Shown: positions 63,769 through 64,000 of the stretch, piece after piece
How positions within the stretch are numbered: the first letter of the stretch is position 1
How the letters are laid out: every line of letters begins with the position of its first letter
DNA from: a virus
Taxonomy: Duplodnaviria; Caudoviricetes
Reading direction: 5' to 3' (one strand)
DNA length: 64,000 nucleotides
IMG/VR virus record: IMGVR_UViG_3300029286_001711
The notes under the pieces: model-generated
Databases searched by the model: none
Told to the model about the DNA's origin: nothing
Seen by the model: the letters and a program-made list of their open reading frames with translations, nothing else
Program-made: the position numbers and the translations under genes

Positions 63769-64000
63769 TTATGGTTTGTAGATTAATTTATTGTTAGGTA
63801 TTAGAACGATTGCATCTTTGAAACCTTCTATAAGGATAGTAAATTCAGAAGTTTCCATTCTTTGACTCTCAAAACGACTGATATCTATTTGGTATTCATC
63901 TATTGAGTACCCACTAAGATTCACATTACGTTTAATGTAAAAAGATTCTGCGTAGTACCAAATCTCTTTAATATAAAGGAACTTATTATCTTTTTTCCAA
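63769..64000 (-). CDS. partial hypothetical protein (enters from window end)
   Basis: Open frame WKKDNKFLYIKEIWYY...KLIYKP*. Confidence 0.55.
   Translation of the reverse strand, partial: WKKDNKFLYIKEIWYYAESFYIKRNVNLSGYSIDEYQIDISRFESQRMETSEFTILIEGFKDAIVLIPNNKLIYKP

Noticed and set aside
1-64000. Alternative genetic code (stop-codon reassignment)
   Set aside because: Long conserved genes are uninterrupted in the standard code, and TAA, TAG and TGA each terminate credible genes.
1-64000. Giant eukaryotic virus (NCLDV) origin suggested by the HNH, hydroxylase and GT genes
   Set aside because: Bacteroidota sigma promoters, translational coupling, intrinsic terminators and a T9SS CTD all point to a bacteriophage.

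Overview
This AT-rich window looks like part of a large lytic phage genome infecting a Bacteroidota host. Evidence: dense, mostly hypothetical ORFs; tail-fibre-like genes; DNA ligase, UvsE, ClpC and Pth2; many TTTG-N19-20-TAnnTTTG promoters; and a T9SS type-B cargo protein. All three stop codons are used, and I saw no tRNA, CRISPR array, integrase or reverse transcriptase. Main discovery candidate: five genes at 28.6-48.5 kb (plus two related leader-type genes) encode strings of small domains joined by a conserved linker, F-x-K-L-Y-E-S-E-D-D-F-E-W-A-K/R. The same domains reappear in different orders in different genes. About 20 genes carry a related N-terminal (I/L)(I/L)KE / LL(N/T)E leader, and most lie behind a TATTTAT motif. 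By analogy with T4 and phiKZ prohead-protease processing at x-x-E sites, I infer a combinatorial, capsid-packaged and proteolytically released cargo system; this is untested. A second module is a library of tiny early genes. At 35.8-39.1 kb they are joined by a repeated ACAATA(A/G)GAAATG stop-start junction, and many share a basic-hydrophobic C-terminal tag. They lie near a G-quadruplex-prone GC island (34.1 kb) and an inverted pair of GC-rich elements (32.4 and 37.4 kb). All family calls come from motif recognition by eye; no database search was run.
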